Part shown: positions 59,101 to 64,000 of the stretch, in pieces | Numbering within the stretch: the first letter of the stretch is position 1 | Layout of the letters: every line of letters starts with the position of its first letter | Source of the DNA: Eledone cirrhosa | Lineage: Eukaryota | Reading direction: 5' to 3' | NCBI GenBank assembly: GCA_964016885.1 | Contig: OZ024765.1 | Span: 20,832,001-20,896,000, forward strand | DNA length: 64,000 nt | Notes under the pieces: model-generated | The model's database searches: none | What the model was told of the DNA's origin: nothing | What the model saw: the letters and a program-made list of their open reading frames with translations, nothing else | Program-made: the position numbers and the translations under genes

Positions 59101-62100
59101 CCCTCTACTCAGTACATATCCCCATTAGACCAGTCAGGCGTCTACATCTGGTTTAGATACACTTCCACCTTCTACTCACTACATATCCCCATTAGACCAG
59201 TCAGATGTCTACATCTGGTTTAGATACAGTTCCACCCTCTACTCAGTACATATCCCCATTAGACCAGTCAGATGTCTACATCTGGTTTAGATACAGTTCC
59301 ACCCTCTACTCAGTACATATCCCCATTAGACCAGTCAGATGTCTACATCTGGTTTAGATACAGTTCCACCCTCTACTCAGTACATATCCCCATTAGACCA
59401 GTCAGATGTCTACATCTGGTTTAGATACAGTTCCACCCTCTACTCAGTACATATCCCCATTAGACCAGTCAGGTGTCTACATCTGGTTTAGATACAGTTC
59501 CACCCTCTACTCAGTACATATCCCCATTAGACCAGTCAGATGTCTACATCTGGTTTAGATACAGTTCCACCCTCTACTCAGTACATATCCCCATTAGACC
59601 AGTCAGATGTCTACATCTGGTTTAGATACAGTTCCACCCTCTACTCAGTACATATCCCCATTAGACCAGTCAGATGTCTACATCTGGTTTAGATACAGTT
59701 CCACCCTCTACTCAGTACATATCCCCATTAGACCAGTCAGATCTACATCTGGTTTAGATACAGTTCCACCCTCTACTCAGTACATATCCCCATTAGACCA
59801 GTCAGATGTCTACATCTGGTTTAGATACAGTTCCACCCTCTACTCAGTACATATCCCCATTAGACCAGTCAGATGTCTACATCTGGTTTAGATACAGTTC
59901 CACCCTCTACTCAGTACATATCCCCATTAGACCAGTCAGGTGTCTACATCTGGTTTAGATACAGTTCCACCCTCTACTCAGTACATATCCTCATTAGACC
60001 AGTCAGATGTCTACATCTGGTGTAGATACAGTTCCACCCTCTACTCAGTACATATCCCCATTAGACCAGTCAGATGTCTACATCTGGTTTAGATACAGTT
60101 CCACCCTCTACTCAGTACATATCCCCATTAGACCAGTCAGATGTCTACATCTGGTTTAGATACAGTTCCACCCTCTACTCAGTACATATCCTCATTAGAC
60201 CAGTCAGATGTCTACATCTGGTTTAGATACAGTTCCACCCTCTACTCAGTACATATCCCCATTAGACCAGTCAGATCTACATCTGGTTTAGATACAGTTC
60301 CACCCTCTACTCAGTACATATCCCCATTAGACCAGTCAGGTGTCTACATCTGGTTTAGATACAGTTCCACCCTCTACTCAGTACATATCCCCATTAGACC
60401 AGTCAGATGTCTACATCTGGTTTAGATACAGTTCCACCCTCTACTCAGTACATATCCCCATTAGACCAGTCAGATGTCTACATCTGGTTTAGATACAGTT
60501 CCACCCTCTACTCAGTACATATCCCCATTAGACCAGTCAGATGTCTACATCTGGTTTAGATACAGTTCCACCCTCTACTCAGTACATATCACCATTAGAC
60601 CAGTCAGATGTCTACATGTGGTTTAGATACAGTTCCACCCTCTACTCAGTACATATCCCCATTAGACCAGTCAGATGTCTACATCTGGTTTAGATACAGT
60701 TCCACCCTCTACTCAGTACATATCACCATTAGACCAGTCAGATGTCTACATCTGGTTTAGATACAGTTCCACCCTCTACTCAGTACATATCCCCATTAGA
60801 CCAGTCAGATGTCTACATCTGGTTTAGATACAGTTCCACCCTCTACTCAGTACATATCCCCATTAGACCAGTCAGATGTCTACATCTGGTTTAGATACAG
60901 TTCCACCCTCTACTCAGTACATATCCTCATCAGACCAGTCAGATGTCTACATCTGGTTTAGATACAGTTCCACCCTCTACTCAGTACATATCCCCATTAG
61001 ACCAGTCAGGTGTCTACATCTGGTTTAGATACAGTTCCACCCTCTACTCAGTACATATCCCCATTAGACCAGTCAGATGTCTACATCTGGTTTAGATACA
61101 GTTCCACCCTCTACTCAGTACATATCCCCATTAGACCAGTCAGATGTCTACATCTGGTTTAGATACAGTTCCACCCTCTACTCAGTACATATCCCCATTA
61201 GACCAGTCAGATGTCTACATCTGGTTTAGATACAGTTCCACCCTCTACTCAGTACATATCCCCATTAGACCAGTCAGATCTACATCTGGTTTAGATACAG
61301 TTCCACCCTCTACTCAGTACATATCCCCATTAGACCAGTCAGGTGTCTACATCTGGTTTAGATACAGTTCCACCCTCTACTCAGTACATATCCCCATTAG
61401 ACCAGTCAGGTGTCTACATCTGGTTTAGATACAGTTCCACCCTCTACTCAGTACATATCCCCATTAGACCAGTCAGATGTCTACATCTGGTTTAGATACA
61501 GTTCCACCCTCTACTCAGTACATATCACCATTAGACCAGTCAGATGTCTACATCTGGTTTAGATACAGTTCCACCCTCTACTCAGTACATATCACCATTA
61601 GACCAGTCAGATGTCTACATCTGGTTTAGATACAGTTCCACCCTCTACTCAGTACATATCCCCATTAGACCAGTCAGGTGTCTACATCTGGTTTAGATAC
61701 AGTTCCACCCTCTACTCAGTACATATCCCCATTAGACCAGTCAGATGTCTACATCTGGTTTATATACAGTTCCACCCTCTACTCAGTACATATCACCATT
61801 AGACCAGTCAGATGTCTACATCTGGTTTAGATACAGTTCCACCCTCTACTCAGTACATATCACCATTAGACCAGTCAGATGTCTACATCTGGTTTAGATA
61901 CAGTTCCACCCTCTACTCAGTACATATCCCCATTAGACCAGTCAGATGTCTACATCTGGTTTAGATACAGTTCCACCCTCTACTCAGTACATATCCCCAT
62001 TAGACCAGTCAGATGTCTACATCTGGTTTAGATACTGTTCCACCCTCTACTCAGTACATATCCCCATTAGACCAGTCAGATGTCTACATCTGGTTTAGAT

Positions 62101-64000
62101 ACACTTCCACCCTCTACTCAGTATATATCCCCATTAGACCAGTCAGGTGTCTACATCTGGTTTAGATACAGTTCCACCCTCTACTCAGTACATATCCCCA
62201 TTAGATCAGTCAGATGTCTACATCTGGTTTAGATACAGTTCCACCCTCTACTCAGTACATATCCCCATTAGACCAGTCAGATGTCTACATCTGGTTTAGA
62301 TACAGTTCCACCCTCTACTCAGTACATATCCCCATTAGACCAGTCAGGTGTCTACATCTGGTTTAGATACAGTTCCACCCTCTACTCAGTACATATCCCC
62401 ATTAGACCAGTCAGGTGTCTACATCTGGTTTAGATACAGTTCCACCCTCTACTCAGTACATATCCCCATTAGACCAGTCAGATGTCTACATCTGGTTTAG
62501 ATACAGTTCCACCCTCTACTCAGTACATATCCCCATTAGACCAGTCAGGTGTCTACATCTGGTTTAGATACAGTTCCACCCTCTACTCAGTACATATCCC
62601 CATTAGACCAGTCAGATGTCTACATCTGGTTTAGATACAGTTCCACCCTCTACTCACTACATATCCTCATTAGACCAGTCAGATGTCTACATCTGGTTTA
62701 GATACAGTTCCACCCTCTACTCATTACATATCCCCATTAGACCAGTCAGATGTCTACATCTGGTGTAGATACAGTTCCACCCTCTACTCAGTACATATCC
62801 CCATTAGACCAGTCAGGTGTCTACATCTGGTTTAGATACACTTCCACCCTCTACTCAGTACATATCCCCATTAGACCAGTCAGATGTCTACATCTAGTTT
62901 AGATACAGTTCCACCCTCTACTCACTACATATCCCCATTAGACCAGTCAGATGTCTACATCTGGTTTAGATACAGTTCCACCCTCTACTCAGTACATATC
63001 ACCATTAGACCAGTCAGATCTACATCTGGTTTAGATACAGTTCCACCCTCTACTCAGTACATATCCCCATTAGACCAGTCAGGTGTCTACATCTGGTGTA
63101 GATACAGTTCCACCCTCTACTCAGTACATATCACCATTAGACCAGTCACATGTCTACATCTGGTTTAGATACAGTTCCACCCTCTACTCAGTACATATCC
63201 CCATTAGACCAGTCAGATGTCTACATCTGGTTTAGATACAGTTCCACCCTCTACTCAGTACATATCCCCATTAGACCAGTCACATGTCTACATCTGGTTT
63301 AGATACACTTCCACCCTCTACTCAGTACATATCCCCATTAGACCAGTCAGATCTACATCTGGTTTAGATACAGTTCCACCCTCTACTCAGTACATATCCC
63401 CATTAGACCAGTCAGGTGTCTACATCTGGTTTAGATACAGTTCCACCCTCTACTCAGTACATATCCCCATTAGACCAGTCAGATGTCTACATCTGGTTTA
63501 GATACAGTTCCACCCTCTACTCACTACATATCCCCATTAGACCAGTCAGATGTCTACATCTGGTTTAGATACAGTTCCACCCTCTACTCAGTACATATCC
63601 CCATTAGACCAGTCAGATGTCTACATCTGGTTTAGATACAGTTCCACCCTCTACTCAGTACATATCCCCATTAGACCAGTCAGATGTCTACATCTGGTTT
63701 AGATACAGTTCCACCCTCTACTCATTACATATCCCCATTAGACCAGTCAGATGTCTACATCTGGTTTAGATACACTTCCACCCTCTACTCAGTACATATC
63801 CCCATTAGACCAGTCAGATGTCTACATCTGGTTTAGATACAGTTCCACCCTCTACTCAGTACATATCCCCATTAGACCAGTCAGATGTCTACATCTGGTT
63901 TAGATACAGTTCCACCCTCTACTCAGTACATATCCCCATTAGACCAGTCAGATGTCTACATCTGGTTTAGATACAGTTCCACCCTCTACTCAGTACATAT
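53192..64000 (+). repeat. 67-bp satellite array, about 161 units, runs off the window
   Basis: Unit GATGTCTACATCTGGTTTAGATACAGTTCCACCCTCTACTCAGTACATATCCCCATTAGACCAGTCA. 65-bp variants lack GT. Confidence 0.98.

Noticed and set aside
54533-63501. Repeated MSTSGLDTVPP ORFs in the satellite
   Set aside because: The 67-bp unit is not a multiple of 3. ORFs arise mostly where 65-bp variants shift the frame.
53192-64000. Hammerhead in the 67-bp satellite (minus CTGAGTAG..GGAAC)
   Set aside because: Core is not CUGANGA/GAAA and no stems I-III can be formed.

Overview
This is eukaryotic, repeat-saturated intergenic or intronic DNA. The SINE and LINE types and the huge (TA/CA)n tracts suggest an octopus or other cephalopod (inference). 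No host protein-coding gene can be supported; almost all long ORFs in the track are microsatellite read-through. Recognisable content: tRNA-derived SINEs, RTE, RTE-X and CR1 LINE pieces (one 1000-aa open RTE ORF with an internal PHD-like Cys/His finger), a mariner remnant, a ~10.5-kb duplicated block next to a 200-N gap, and a 10.8-kb 67-bp satellite. The main unexplained signal is RNA-level. By eye I count 23 complete type-I hammerhead ribozyme motifs (CUGANGA-stem II-GAAA-stem III-NUH-stem I) in at least six sequence families, embedded as small islands in (TA)n. Ten of them sit in a near-perfect tandem array of a highly structured 311-bp unit (15397-18644). That array has the architecture of a non-LTR retrozyme (ribozyme-processed circular-RNA retroelement related to Penelope-like elements). 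It ends within 5 nt of the predicted cleavage site. One hammerhead island is present in only one copy of the duplicated block, which suggests recent mobility.
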